In this document: one piece after another, positions 36,463-48,623 of the stretch
Position numbering within the stretch: position 1 is the stretch's first letter
Layout of the letters: each line of letters starts with the position of its first letter
Source: Chiloscyllium plagiosum
Lineage: Eukaryota
Direction of reading: 5' to 3'
Assembly: GCF_004010195.1 (NCBI RefSeq)
Contig: NC_057746.1
Span: forward strand, 18,605,103 to 18,666,871
Length of the DNA stretch: 61,769 nt
The notes under the pieces: model-generated
Databases searched by the model: none
The model's input: only the letters and a program-made list of their open reading frames with translations
What the model was told of the DNA's origin: nothing
Made by a program: the position numbers and the translations under genes

Positions 36463-37685
36463 GTGAGTGATAGGCCCGCTATAATGTACAGGTTTCAGCA
36501 CGAGCGTGAAATGGCGAGTGAAGTGTACCCGCCGAATGGCTTTGAATAGCTAATATTCTGTCTGCTCAATAATGAAAGTGAAACAACAATTGGACTTAAG
36601 AAAAGAATTTGGTGCAAGTCTGTCTTGGATTGATTATCCAACTCCTTCATGGGTATTGCTGGTTTGGCCAATTTTTATTCCTCATAACCAATTCACCCGC
36701 AAAAGATGGTACTGAGCTGTTTCCTTGAACCTCTCCGATCCTTGGAGCGTAGGAGCATCCACTGTGTTGTTAGAGAGAGTATTTCAGGGCATTGAGCCAG
36801 TGACAGTGGTGATGTACAACTTGGAGTGGAACTTGCACTTGCTGCCCTTATCGTTTCAAGTCGTAGATGTAACGGGTTTGAAAAATGGTGTCAAAGAAAA
36901 TTTGGTGAGTTGAGGCGGTGCACCTTGGAGATGGTAACATTTGCACTTCAACCCATGCCCAGTTCCATTGATTTCGATTGAAATATTCGTATTTCAAAGG
37001 AAGTCACACGATCATTCGAGAATAGAAAGGGGGGGGGGGATCACATAGCTGTTAGATATTCACAGGGGAATCACGTGGGAGCGTAAATGAGAACAATCTG
37101 CAGTATGGGCGGAAGGGGGCAGAAGATTGACTTAGTCAGAAAGCTGGTCCAGACCATAGGAATGCTGCAGTTTCTGGGATTCACCCGCATCAAAAGCGAA
37201 CCCATTCGTCCACACTCCCCACTTGTGTCCAACTGTGCACACATCGCGCTAAGAATCAGTTTGAGGCCCCTTGTGCTGCAGTGGTAGCCTCCCTAACTCT
37301 GAGCCAGGAGTCCCGAGTTCAACTTCCACCTACTCCAGTGTTGTTTCAAAACATCTTTAAAAGCTTAAAACCCAGTTCTAAAGACTGAAGGTCTGTCTCA
37401 TTGATAGCCTTGCTTTCTGTTCAGTCTTATTGAAGTTATTGGGATTGATTCTACAAGGAGATTGTAACTGGTGACAAACACAATGCTATATTCTATGTAA
37501 CTCGCAGAGATGCTTATTGGCTCTAATTTCCCACTGGGCTTTTGAAGTGTGGGGTTATCATGCAACCAGGCTACTTAGAACACTAGAAGTAAATGAATAA
37601 ACAAAAAGGGTGGTTATGAAAACCAGGTTTCTTTTTCATTTAATAAATATTATTATTCAAACGTCCATTTATTTTTATTGTACAG

Positions 37686-37756
37686 TGCGTTACAGGATCT
37701 TTACTCTGGATCAATATATGAGACCAGTGAGCGAGACGATTAAAATAACTACATAT
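37686..37756 (+). CDS. C4: C4-like exon 4
   Basis: tacAG|(V)RYRIFTLDQYMRPVSETIKITTY|GTgagt, 71 nt; human C4 has VRYRVFALDQKMRP. Confidence 0.95.
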
Positions 37757-38057
37757 GTGAGTACACTACTAATTATGTCGCATTTTCTCACTGATTTCCT
37801 TTTGTTTGCTTCGTTTAATTGACTTCAATTCCCAATGTCATCTTGGTGAACTTTACCAGTCCTGGCCTCCTTGGTAAACAATGAGGCACAACAGAAGTCA
37901 ACATTCACAATGAACAGAGTTTTGAATTATGTTCAGTGAATTAACCAGCAAAAGTACAGCGGCATGGTGGCTCGGTGCAGTCATGCTTAATTTACTTGAA
38001 TAGAAAAGGGGTGCCAAATATGACCAATACCAAAGATTCATCCAATTGTCCTTCTAG

Positions 38058-38143
38058 AATTCCAGAAATGTGCAGTTTCCCAGCAAGATCATGCGGTCGG
38101 GAGAAGTGTTCAGTCGCCACATAAAAATCCCGGATATCGCCGA
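38058..38143 (+). CDS. C4: C4-like exon 5
   Basis: ttctAG|NSRNVQFPSKIMRSGEVFSRHIKIPDIA(E)|GTaagt; human C4 has IPDISE. Confidence 0.93.
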
Positions 38144-38763
38144 GTAAGTACATGAAACTGTTTTGGAAATGGGTCTTTTACCCTGAGGGAGAACCCTAAT
38201 CATTTACTTTTCTCAAGAAATCGAAACGCTTCGGCAGATCCGGTAATAATCTCCTCTGAGTGGTCACCTGTTCGCCAGTGGAATACCAAATAATCATATC
38301 ACCGTGAAAAGAATTTGCAAGTAAACTAAATCATTATTCATTCGTTAGAACGGAGCCTTCCCTGCTATCCAGATCCATAGAAATGACTTACACTTTGAAA
38401 ATTGTACTTCGACATTATCCATTAATTATCACATAGAGTGGTGCCTTCAAATTTAAACTTAATGTTCACCTCGCTCGTTGTGCAGCTGTAACATTGTATT
38501 CCTTGCCCTGTTCTACCAGCCTAATGCATTCGTTTTGGTATGAGGTGCCTGTATCGCACGCAAAACAAAACTTCTCACTGTACTTAGGTACATGTGACAA
38601 TAATAAATCAACTCAGAAAAACAAATCAAATCAAAAGTGAAAAGGGGTACAATGCATAACCAGAACAGTTTGAGGTTGAGGTATTGGAGAGAAACATTCT
38701 CGGGATGTAGATAGAACTGGAAAAGGCTTTTGCAAACGGTCTAGCTATTTGTATTATTTATTT

Positions 38764-38960
38764 CTAGATAGATGTCGAGTTGTGTAGATGTCCAGATAGA
38801 TAGATGGATGTCTAGATAGATAGATGTCTAGACAGACAGAAAAATGGAAATCTAGATAGATGTCCCGAGAGATAGATGTCAAGATAGATTGACGTCTGGA
38901 TGTATAGCTGTATAGATGGATAGACGGATGGACAGATGGGCAGGTAGACAGATAGATAGA
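38764..38960. repeat. Degenerate (AGAT)n tetranucleotide repeat
   Basis: tagatagatag-rich run. Confidence 0.85.
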
Positions 38961-41289
38961 AACATTTAATTGACAATATGACCCTGCCTCTGTTCTGCGA
39001 AACTCCCCACATTTTAACTCTCAAACCTCCACTTTAACAATCAAAAATGAGCCAGGCCCTTTGGGAGGAAACTCCACACAGACAGTTTCCTGAAGCTGGA
39101 ATCAAACCCAGCTCGCTGGCAGCTATGAGGCAGAAGTACTAACCACTGTGCCACCCATTAGGCATGAAGGTGCCCTAATGTGTGGAACTTACTGCCCACC
39201 CAGCCCTCAACAAGGCCACTGGGATTGAAACGATGGCTTTCTCCCGTGTGCTGGTACATGATCATTAATCTGATTCTTTCTCCATGGCTCTTCTGGTACC
39301 CTAGCAGAGTTAAGAGGATTGGCCATGGGAAATGCAGGGTTATAGGGATAGGGAAGAGGGTGGGTCTGGATGGGATGCTCTTGGGAGCGTCAGTATGGAC
39401 TCGATGGGCCGAACAGACTACTTCCACACTGTAGGGATTCTAATCATTCATTACAAATCTGCCTGAAAACAATGACCATATTTCCTTTGTATGGCTGCAA
39501 AGTTCCCTTATATCAACCTAGAGTCTGACTGACCATACGTCAATGTATATTCGGTCAGTCTGCAACTGATGGCTAGAACCCAATGAAATGTACAGTTCAC
39601 AGAGGCCTCCCAGTCCAGGAACTATAACAAATGGGAGATTTGTGAAGACACCAGGTGCTCCTCTCTCCTCCCACAGTCCAAAGATGTGCAGGTTAGGTGG
39701 ATTGGCCATAGGAAATTGTCCCATAATGCCCAGGGATTTGCAGGCTGGGTAGACTAGCCATAGTTAATGTGGGTTACAGGGATGGGCTAGGAGGTAGAGG
39801 GTAGGTGTGGTCCTCTTGGGAGAGGCAGTGTGGAATCGATGGGCTGAATGAGCCACTTCCACCCTGTCAGGATTCTATGATTGGCATTTGTCCAGTTTCT
39901 TTCAGAATGTCCCAGAACACGTTACATCTAAAAATGGACGTGCTGTTAATGCAAAAGAAAGATCAAACGCAGTTGCACATAGCAAAACCATTCAAACATC
40001 AACTTGATGACACCTCCTGGTCAGTTTGGTTCACCAGTAAAGGACTCCAAGATGAACTCGCATGCTCTATTTCAACACAAGCATCATGGGATTAGTTCCA
40101 TCCTTTTGGTGGGTCAGATTATACATTGAATATGATGTCTCATTCAGAAGATGTCAACTCCAACTGTCGCTCAGTAAGACGCTGGGAATGCCAGCTTAGG
40201 ACATTTTGAAGTAAACTCGTTCTTCCACAGATGCCATGATATGTTGTTAGCTGAAATGAAACAATTTCACCCGCTCCCTTTTAGCCCTGGCCTTTACACG
40301 TGTGAGCGCTACACCTCAACCACTGCTGAAGCAATGAAAGAATGGGATGGCGCTGTGCTCTTTGTTACACCCCTTAAGGATTTGGAGCAAATGGCAGGCG
40401 TGATTTAAACTTTGAGAAAAGTAAAGTAGGTACATGGAGCAGATGTGAGAATAATATGGCAAAGGAAATGCATCATGGGTCATGAATTCTTAGTCACATG
40501 CTTGGAACCCAGGAAAGCACATTGTTAGCTGGATATGTTGCTCTAGTCAAAAGTAACATGCAGGTATTATAGTGCAGGGCCGAAATGAAATTGTCAAATG
40601 CTATTAATGCCATCTGAATTTTACAAGTTAGTCACTGGTAGTTCTTGTGCGGGGTAGTGGACTGACGCAAACTAAGCAGTGGTAATTGTACCATCACTGC
40701 GCAATACATAGCATGAGAGGTGATGTCATTGAAACACGTGAGATGCTGAGGGGAATAGACAGGATGGATGTTGAAGGGCTGATTCTCCTTAAGGCAGAGG
40801 TTAGAACGAAGGGGCACTGTTTAAAGATTTGGTATTTCCTGTTTAAAGATGGACCTGAGCGTGAGTCTTTGAAATTCTCTTCCACAGCAAATGGGGGAGG
40901 AGGAGTTATTGAACAGCTTTGAGACAGGCTTGTCTTCATTCAGCAAGGGAGTTCATGGTTACCAGGTGGAAACAAAAAGGTGGAGTTGAGGCCATATTCA
41001 GATCGCTTGTAATCTTAGTGATTTGCAAAGTAGGCTGGATGAGTCTTTTTCCTGCTCCTAATTGAAGTAATCGTATGTTTGTTCCAGTGCATGCATCCAA
41101 TTAACCAAGTGTGGTGAAGTCTCAGTTTCCACAATATTTAACCAAAGCGACCAATGTCAATATCCCTTGACTTCCATAGAAAATAATCTTGTGTGAGCTA
41201 GTGAAGGGGTTTATCTTTTTCACCTAATGTCTCGGGCCAGTTTCTCATCACAACACCAAGAATTCAACAACCTACTGAATTAGTGAGTT

Positions 41290-41745
41290 TTGAGAAGGCT
41301 TGTAGTTCAGGTTGAGGTTCTGGATGTAGGTTTCATCACCATACTAGGTAACATCTTCAGTGAGCCTCCTCAGTGAGGAGGAAACACTGGTGGTGCAGCC
41401 TACTTTCTATTTACATACGGATGAGGAAGGACACCACTTCGACTGGGACAACACATCCATCCCAGGCCAAGCCAAACAGAGACACACACTAGAATTCCTG
41501 GAAGTATGGCATTCCAACCGGAACTCTATCAACAAACACATTGACTTGGATCCCATTAACCACCCCTGAGAAAAAGAACAGGAAATGACATCACCAACCC
41601 AAGAAAACCCAAATACATAAATAGAAAGCAAGCTACACCACCATTGCTTCATCCAGAGGCTCACTGAAGATGTTACCAAGGGTAGTGATGAAACATTTGA
41701 AAATGAACCTTCCAGCTCAGCGAGCAAACCTACATCCAGAACCAA
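41290..41745 (+). mobile_element. Penelope 3' fragment with inverted terminal repeat
   Basis: GHHFDWDNTSI..QAKQRH.LEFLEVWHS...SINKH C-terminus. The terminal repeat with a ctgaagat..gaaac core is present directly (41655-41742) and inverted (41311-41368). Confidence 0.8.
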
Positions 41746-42299
41746 CCAATTGTTCAATGCAACAGGAACCATCTTGTGCCCAGTTAAAACATTCTTATCT
41801 TGAACTCAATTTCCATAAAAGTCAAGGAAAAACTGTGTCTTATTATGTATATTTTAAACGATTTTTTTTAACTCCCAGAGGAACCTAGAAAAAAAAACAA
41901 TAAATAGATTATGTGAACATTTGTATTCCATTTGTTTTAGGTGGGATTTCAACTTCTGACCATAGTGTAAAGGAGAAAGTATTGAATTGCTCACCTCCTA
42001 CAATCAATCATGCTTTATTACTCATCTGACTGGATAGCTGGCAAAGAACCTGATATCAGTCAGTTTACGAGAAACAGAAGTGCATGTTACCTTCAATCTG
42101 TGATGTCCGACTTGTATTCAGCTGTATAAAGGGGATGTGAAAGCCAGCTTCACTTACATCAATGCAAGTTACCACAGGACAATTCTTACAAAGCAAACAT
42201 ACTTTCCACGGTACAACACTATTAAACCCAGACATTTTTTGTGATACAGAAAATAGACCATCTGTCCCAAATTGGGTGAGGTAGATCGGTTTTGACAGT

Positions 42300-42866
42300 T
42301 ATAGAGTCCTACAGCAGAAAAACAGACCCTTCAGTCCAACCGGTCCATACCAAACATAATCCCAAATTAAACTGGTCCCACCTGTCTGCTCCTGGCCCAT
42401 ATCACTCCAAACATTTCCTGTTCATGTATCTTTCCAAATATCTTTTAACTGTTGTAATTGTACCTGCATCCACTACTTTCTCAGGAACATCATTCCACAC
42501 TCTCTGTGTAAACAAAATGCCTCCATGTCATTTTTAAATCTCTCTCCTCTCACCTTAAAAATGTGTCCCCTAGTCCCCCATCCTAGGGAAAAGAAAACTA
42601 CCATTAATTGTATCTACACCCCCTCCCCACGCCCCACCCCCAACTATTTTATAAACTTTGTTCAGGTCACCTCTCAACCTCCTACACTCCAGTGAAGTCA
42701 CAGACTATCCAACCTTTCCCTATAACTCAACCCTCCATACCTGGCAACATCCTGTTAAATCATTTATGAACCCTCTCCAGCTTAATAATATCCTTGTTAT
42801 ATAACTGGGTGACCAGAACTGGACACAATACCCCTGAACAAGCGTCACCAACGTCCTATACAACCT
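42300..42866 (-). mobile_element. CR1/HER1 3' fragment
   Basis: CR1 tail and decayed ORF2 C-terminus. Confidence 0.8.
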
Positions 42867-43315
42867 CGGTTAAAGTACCAACATCAAATTTGATTTGTTC
42901 CAATGTGTGTTTGATTGGCCGTAGTCACGAGTTTTTCTTTTTAGCTTTGTTCAGCTCAGTTCCTCATTTCTTTGAACTTCCTTGTCTATTTATTTTGATC
43001 TGTCATGGTACTTGGTTTTACCTGAGCTGCTAACTAGAAAATTGTCCGACTGACTTGTGTCTGACTGAAGCTAAAGCCAGGTCAGGCCACTGGTGTTTTG
43101 AAATTCCAAGAACATATTTTTACTGAAAATATCATTTGCAACAAGTTCCTGGAATCACCTATCAGGCAGAATGTTATCTGTGCCCGATTCAACATACTTA
43201 GCTCATATCAACAGCTAAATTGAATTTCTGTACCTTTCTATCACCCGCGTGAAACTATTCTGAGATCTACTTGACTGCAGCTCTGAAGAATGCCCTGTTA
43301 AACTTTTCTAAACAG

Positions 43316-43398
43316 GCCTGGCATTTGGAGGATTGAGGCTCAATTTGAGGATTCACCAATGTCCAAGGAATCCGCACGATTTGAGGTCAAGGAATTCG
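43316..43398 (+). CDS. C4: C4-like exon 6
   Basis: aacAG|g PGIWRIEAQFEDSPMSKESARFEVKEF g|GTaacc, 83 nt. Confidence 0.95.
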
Positions 43399-44407
43399 GT
43401 AACCATCTTTAACACTTGTATAATGAGGGAGAAAATATAATGATTTACCTTCAATTGTTCCTGACTGTCATTTGAATTATCTCAGTATCTTGGTCGAGAG
43501 GCGAGTTTATAAAATATTTTTAATGTCCATGTTTGATAAAGTTAGAGGGGAATAATTTCAAATCAGACTGGTATCCTGCTGATATCCTTGAATAGGGCTA
43601 AGTTCAAATGTTGTTACTCAATGTGTAAAAAACTCATAGATAATGCTTATACAGTTGTTACAAAATGTATCACCTCACCCCTATATATCCATCTGAAGTG
43701 AAGTAAATGGAAATATAGATCTGGAGAGATATGTGTAATTCACTACTGTTCATTTTCCAACCACCACAAAAGCAAAAATGAATCCAAGCGACTTATACCC
43801 ATCTGGCCAATCGACCAGGCAATTTTCATTTCTATCTAAGTCTTCGGAACATGACATTGTTGGGTAACACTATCTAATACAAGTTGTTCCAATCTTTTGT
43901 TCCAAGTATTTGTCTGCTTGTTTCTTTGCCTTTCTATTCATCCATCCACACATCTACTTATCTTTCTGTCTGTCTATCTGTATCTGTTTGCTCACTTGTC
44001 TAGCTCTGTATACAATGCTACTTTAAAGAAATTTGCGCATGCATGATATGGAAAGTCGATAGTATTGCATAAAGCCATTGGATTCTAAACATCCATTGTG
44101 GATGTGTTAATGCATTGCATGGGTAACCTTAGGTAAAATCTGTAGTATGTAATATCCTTCAGAAAAGCCAGGGAAACCCAGAGAGGTGTTAACCAGTGAC
44201 AGATCCAATCTCATCTGTATTTAATATTTTTTTTGCCAAAGTTCAGACTATGTCCTGTCAGCTTATAGTTGATTTTCCAACTGAGAAAGAGAAACAAGTT
44301 ACAGACTTTCATTCATAAAATCATAACCTGCTGCATATTGTATTCTCTCTTAAGTACCCATACTACAAATGTTTTGGAATTATATTTGACTTCAATATAT
44401 TTTAAAG

Positions 44408-44495
44408 TCCTCCCCAGTTTCAAAGTCGAGATTGAGTGCCAGGAAAAATATTACCTCATAACGAAGGACGAATTCAAGTGCAAACTTTCGGCAGA
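44408..44495 (+). CDS. C4: C4-like exon 7
   Basis: taaAG|(V)LPSFKVEIECQEKYYLITKDEFKCKLSA ga|GTgagt. Confidence 0.95.
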
Positions 44496-44685
44496 GTGAG
44501 TACAATATCGTTATCTCATACAACACTCTTTATGCAACCCTACATTTCTGTCTGTTTTTCTGCTTGCATTGCTTCGAGAAACGAAAAATGAGGCAGCTTC
44601 TGCAATCAGTGACCAGTTCTGAACTCATGTACCTCAGACAGACAAGGGTTCAAAATAGGACTCATTCGGTTTTATTTGAGAGTTG

Positions 44686-45366
44686 TCATAGCCATAGAGT
44701 CACAGAGATGTACAGCATGGAAACAGACACTTCAGTCCAACCCGTCCATGCCGACCAGATATCCCAACCCAACCTAGTCACAGTTGCCAGCACTTGGCGC
44801 ATATCCCTCTAAACCTTCCAATTCATATACCCATCCAGATGCCTCTTAAATGTTGCAATTGTACCAACTTCCACCACTTCCTCTGGCATACACATACCAC
44901 CGTATGCATGAAATAGTTGACCCTTCAGTGTCTTTTATATCTTTCCCCTCACCCTAAATCTATGCCCTCTAGTTCTGGACTCAGGGAAAAGACCTTCTCT
45001 ATTTATCCTATCTGCACCCCTAATGATTTTATAAACCTCTATAAGGTCACCGCTCAGCATCCGACACTCTAGGGAAAACAGCCCTAGCCTGTTCAACCTC
45101 TCCCTATAGCTCAAATCCTTCAAACCTGGCAACATCCTTGTAAATCTTTTCTGAACCCTTTCAAGTTTCACAACATCTTTCCAATAGGAAGGAGACCATA
45201 ATTGCACCCATTATTCCAACAGTGGCCTAACCAATGCCCTGTACAACTGCAACATGACCTCCCAACTCCTGTATTCACTGCTCTGACCAATAAAAGAAAG
45301 TATACCAAACGCCTTCTTCGCTATCCTATCTACCTGCGACTCCACTTTCAAGGAGTTATGAACCTA
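44686..45366 (-). mobile_element. CR1/HER1 3' fragment
   Basis: QLWSPSYWKDVVKLERVQKRFTRMLPGL motif. Confidence 0.9.
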
Positions 45367-45952
45367 CAGGCAAAATACGCCTTTATACACACAGGGCGTG
45401 TGTTTCAACTTAACAGATGAGGTGACAACCATTCGCTGCTTTATTTCTTGGTAGACAAGCGGGAGGCTGGGAGAAAACAGCAAGGCAGGCAGCATCAGGA
45501 GGTGGAGAGGTCAGTGTTATGGGTTTAAACTTCTTCAGGTTACAGCTTGCTGAGTTCATTCAACCTCCTGCTTGTCTACCTTGGATTCCAGCATCTGCAG
45601 TTTTATTTTTGTCTGACCAGGTTTTATTTCTTGGATAAATTCCCTAATCAGAGTCATCCAGATTAAAATGTATAAAAAGACTGGCAGTTCTTTGTCAATC
45701 AATATGAATGGGTACAATCACATTGGGAAAGCATCTAGCAAGTAGATTGTAGTTCCAGACTAAACAGCACTCTGCTGCAGGAGAAATTGTTATGAAGGGA
45801 CAATATTTTAGCAATTTGCTAATTTAGCGACCTTAATAAAATAAACATCATTGTTAGAATCCAAAGGCAAGGTTATATAGTGTCACGATAAGGTGCCTGA
45901 GAATAGGGCATATAAGTCTAGACTGAAGAATTCTCTTATGGGTGAAAATATC

Positions 45953-46173
45953 ATGATTTGGAGATGCCAGTGTTGGACTGGGGTGTACAAAGTTAAAAAT
46001 CACACAACACCAGGTTATAGCCCCACAGGTTTATTTGGAAGCACACTAGCTTTCGGAGCGCTGCTCCTTCATCAGGTGGTTGTGGGTTGTCCTGATGAAG
46101 GAGCAGCGCTCCGAAAGCTAGTGCTTCCAAATAAACCTGTGGGGCTATAACCTGGTGCCGTGTGATTTTTAAC
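45953..46173. mobile_element. Palindromic hammerhead-bearing element
   Basis: Third copy of the 1961/10758 family, in the opposite orientation; atcatga on both sides. Confidence 0.85.
46044..46078 (-). ncRNA. Minimal hammerhead ribozyme motif
   Basis: cac-CUGAUGA-aGGAGCagcGCUCC-GAAAGCUA-gug: 3-bp stem I, intact core, palindromic AGCU stem III. A mirror copy lies at 46089-46123 (+). Confidence 0.7.
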
Positions 46174-46468
46174 ATTGAAAAGATCATGACCACACCAGAT
46201 GCATTCATTTCAAAGTACTGATATAAATCATGTTGCGATTTCCCCTTGAATTGGTATTCTTGAGCATTGTCCTGATCCACGCAAGACCAACATCCTTGAC
46301 AAAATGCATCTTATTTCAGCAACACCATTTCTCACTTTTTGGCCATCGGAAGTGTTGATTTCGTATACCTTTGGATTGCCCTGCACTATTCCAAATGTTT
46401 ACAAGCAGCATCTGGTCTCTTTGGAATAACGTTGTCACACTTTTCCCAATTTTTATTTTAATGAAAAG

Positions 46469-46574
46469 CTACACATTCGGAAAACCTGTGGAAGGCATGG
46501 CTTATGTGAGATTTGGGACTGTTGATGAAACAGACAAGACTGAATATCTTCGGGGACTGGAACAAACAGAACAG
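46469..46574 (+). CDS. C4: C4-like exon 8
   Basis: aaAG|c YTFGKPVEGMAYVRFGTVDETDKTEYLRGLEQTEQ|GTgagg, 106 nt; human C4 has YIYGKPVQGVAYVRFG...RGLE. Confidence 0.95.
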
Positions 46575-47334
46575 GTGAGGTTGCCCTTACATTCAGAAAC
46601 AAAATGTTGCTGATAAGCAGTCAGAACGACATGAAAAAGAGCATTATTTTCCTCAGTTGTCATGAAGCAACAATATTTTGTCAAGTTGTTGATTTAGCGA
46701 CCTTCATAAGTGAACATCATTGTTATAATTCAACGGCAAAGTGATATAATGTCACAATAAGGCGTCTGAGAATAGGGTGTATAAGTCTACACAGAGGGAT
46801 ATTGTTATGGGTGGAATACACAACCTGACCTCCCAGACACATGCATTTCTAGTCACTGATATGAATCACGTTGTGAAATTTCAGATTCGGAGCATATCGG
46901 CAGTCCAACATAACTAATAATAAAGAGTTAGACTTCAGTAGTAGATGTTGATCACAAGCAGGGAGAAGTCTTTGATACTAATGTGAAAAACAAACTGCCC
47001 GCCTGCTTTAAACGCCATCTGATTTCCATTGACTTCAAAGCAGCATAAGATCAGGCTGGTGTATAGAGCAGATGTCCCAACTTTGCTCTCAATGTTCTAC
47101 GGCTGCTCATGGCTTCCTACACGTGAGCTGATGAGACTGACGTTCACCCTCGGGCTATTTTACGAGTAATCGTGCAGTTCCTATGAATTTGTGTCGTAGA
47201 TACTGGCAGGTTTGTGGACAATTTGCCTAACCAAACTAAACATTTCAGGACAATCCATTTCAACAAGGTCTCCGATTTGTTTTAATCACAGTTAGAGTTG
47301 GCCTATGCAGTTGGAATCTGAATATTAAGATCGA

Positions 47335-48385
47335 GTCATCGAGAGATACAGCATGGAAACAGACCCTTCAGTGCAACCTGTCCATACCGACCACATGTCC
47401 AAAATTAATCTAGTCCCATTTGCCAGCACTTGGCCCATACCCCTCTAAACCCCTCACTATTCATGTACCATCTAGATGCCTTTTAAGTGTTGTAATTGTT
47501 CCAGACTCTACCAATGCCTCTGGCAGGCCATACTATACACGCATCACCCTCTGCTCCTTAAACCATTCCCCTCTCAAGTTCACCCTATGCCCTCTAGTTT
47601 TAGAATCCCCTAGCCTGGGGACAAGACCTTACCCATGCCCTTCATGGAGTCATACAACATGGAAACAGACGCTTTGGTCCAACCACTCCATCCTGAACAG
47701 AATCCCAAACTGAACTAGTCCCTCCTGCCTGCTCCTGGCTCATAGTCCTCCAAATCTTTCCTATTCATGTACTTATGTCATTGTAATTGTGTATGCATCC
47801 ACCACCCCCCCAGGAGGGCCATTCCACATGTGAACCACCCTTTGTGTAAAAGAAATTGCCCCTCATGTCTTTTTTTTAAAATGTCTCCGTCCTCTCACCT
47901 TAAAAATGTGCCCCCTATGATTTTATAAACCTCTACAAGGTCATCCCTCAGCCTCAGACACTCCAGAGAAAATAGATTAGATTACCTACAGTTTGGAAAC
48001 AGGCCCTTCAGCCCAACCAGTCCACACTGACACTCCGAAGAGTAACCCACCCAGACTCATCTCCCTCTGACTAATGCTCCTAACACTATAGGACAATTTA
48101 GCATGGCCAATTAACCTGACCTGCACATCTTTGGACTGTGGGAGGAAACCGGAGCACCCGGAGGAAACCCACGCAGACACGGGGAGAATGTGCAAGCTCC
48201 ACACAGACACAGTCGCCCAAGGCTGGAATTGAACCTGGGACCCTGGTGCTGTGAGCCACAGACTCTCCCTATAGTTCAAACCCTCCAACTCTGGCGACAT
48301 CCTTGTCCATCTTTTCTGCACTCTTGCAAGTTTCACAACATTTTTGCTACAGCAGGGAGACCCGAATTTAACACGATAATTCAGG
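47335..48385 (-). mobile_element. Cluster of CR1 3' fragments with nested HE1 SINE (about 47975-48258)
   Basis: Two CR1 tails and a SINE core interrupting ORF2 remnants. Confidence 0.8.
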
Positions 48386-48496
48386 AGTAAATTCTAGTAA
48401 ACAAACCTCAAGGTAGGAGAAAGCACGGAGATAGAAAACAATAAAGCACTGAATTACACTTGGACGACATTGATGTATATTCATTCTCATCTCTAG

Positions 48497-48623
48497 GTCA
48501 AGCATGGAGAAGCAGAGATTTCCCTAACAACGGCAAATCTCCTGGAAAGAATCAAACCTTTGCAAATGAAGGATCTTGTGGGTCACAATATGTATTTGGC
48601 GGTCACTGTTTTCGAAACATCCA
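48497..48623 (+). CDS. C4: C4-like exon 9
   Basis: tctAG|VKHGEAEISLTTANLLERIKPLQMKDLVGHNMYLAVTVFETS a|GTaagt. Confidence 0.93.

Noticed and set aside
37265-37345. tRNA-like A/B boxes (also 58332-58400 and HE1 heads)
   Set aside because: These are SINE heads with no complete cloverleaf.
40285-40408. Exon-like stretch PGLYTCE...* after a good acceptor in C4 intron 5, in the same phase as exon 6
   Set aside because: Similarity to exon 6 is limited to PG, and the true exon 6 is at 43316; no support without transcripts.
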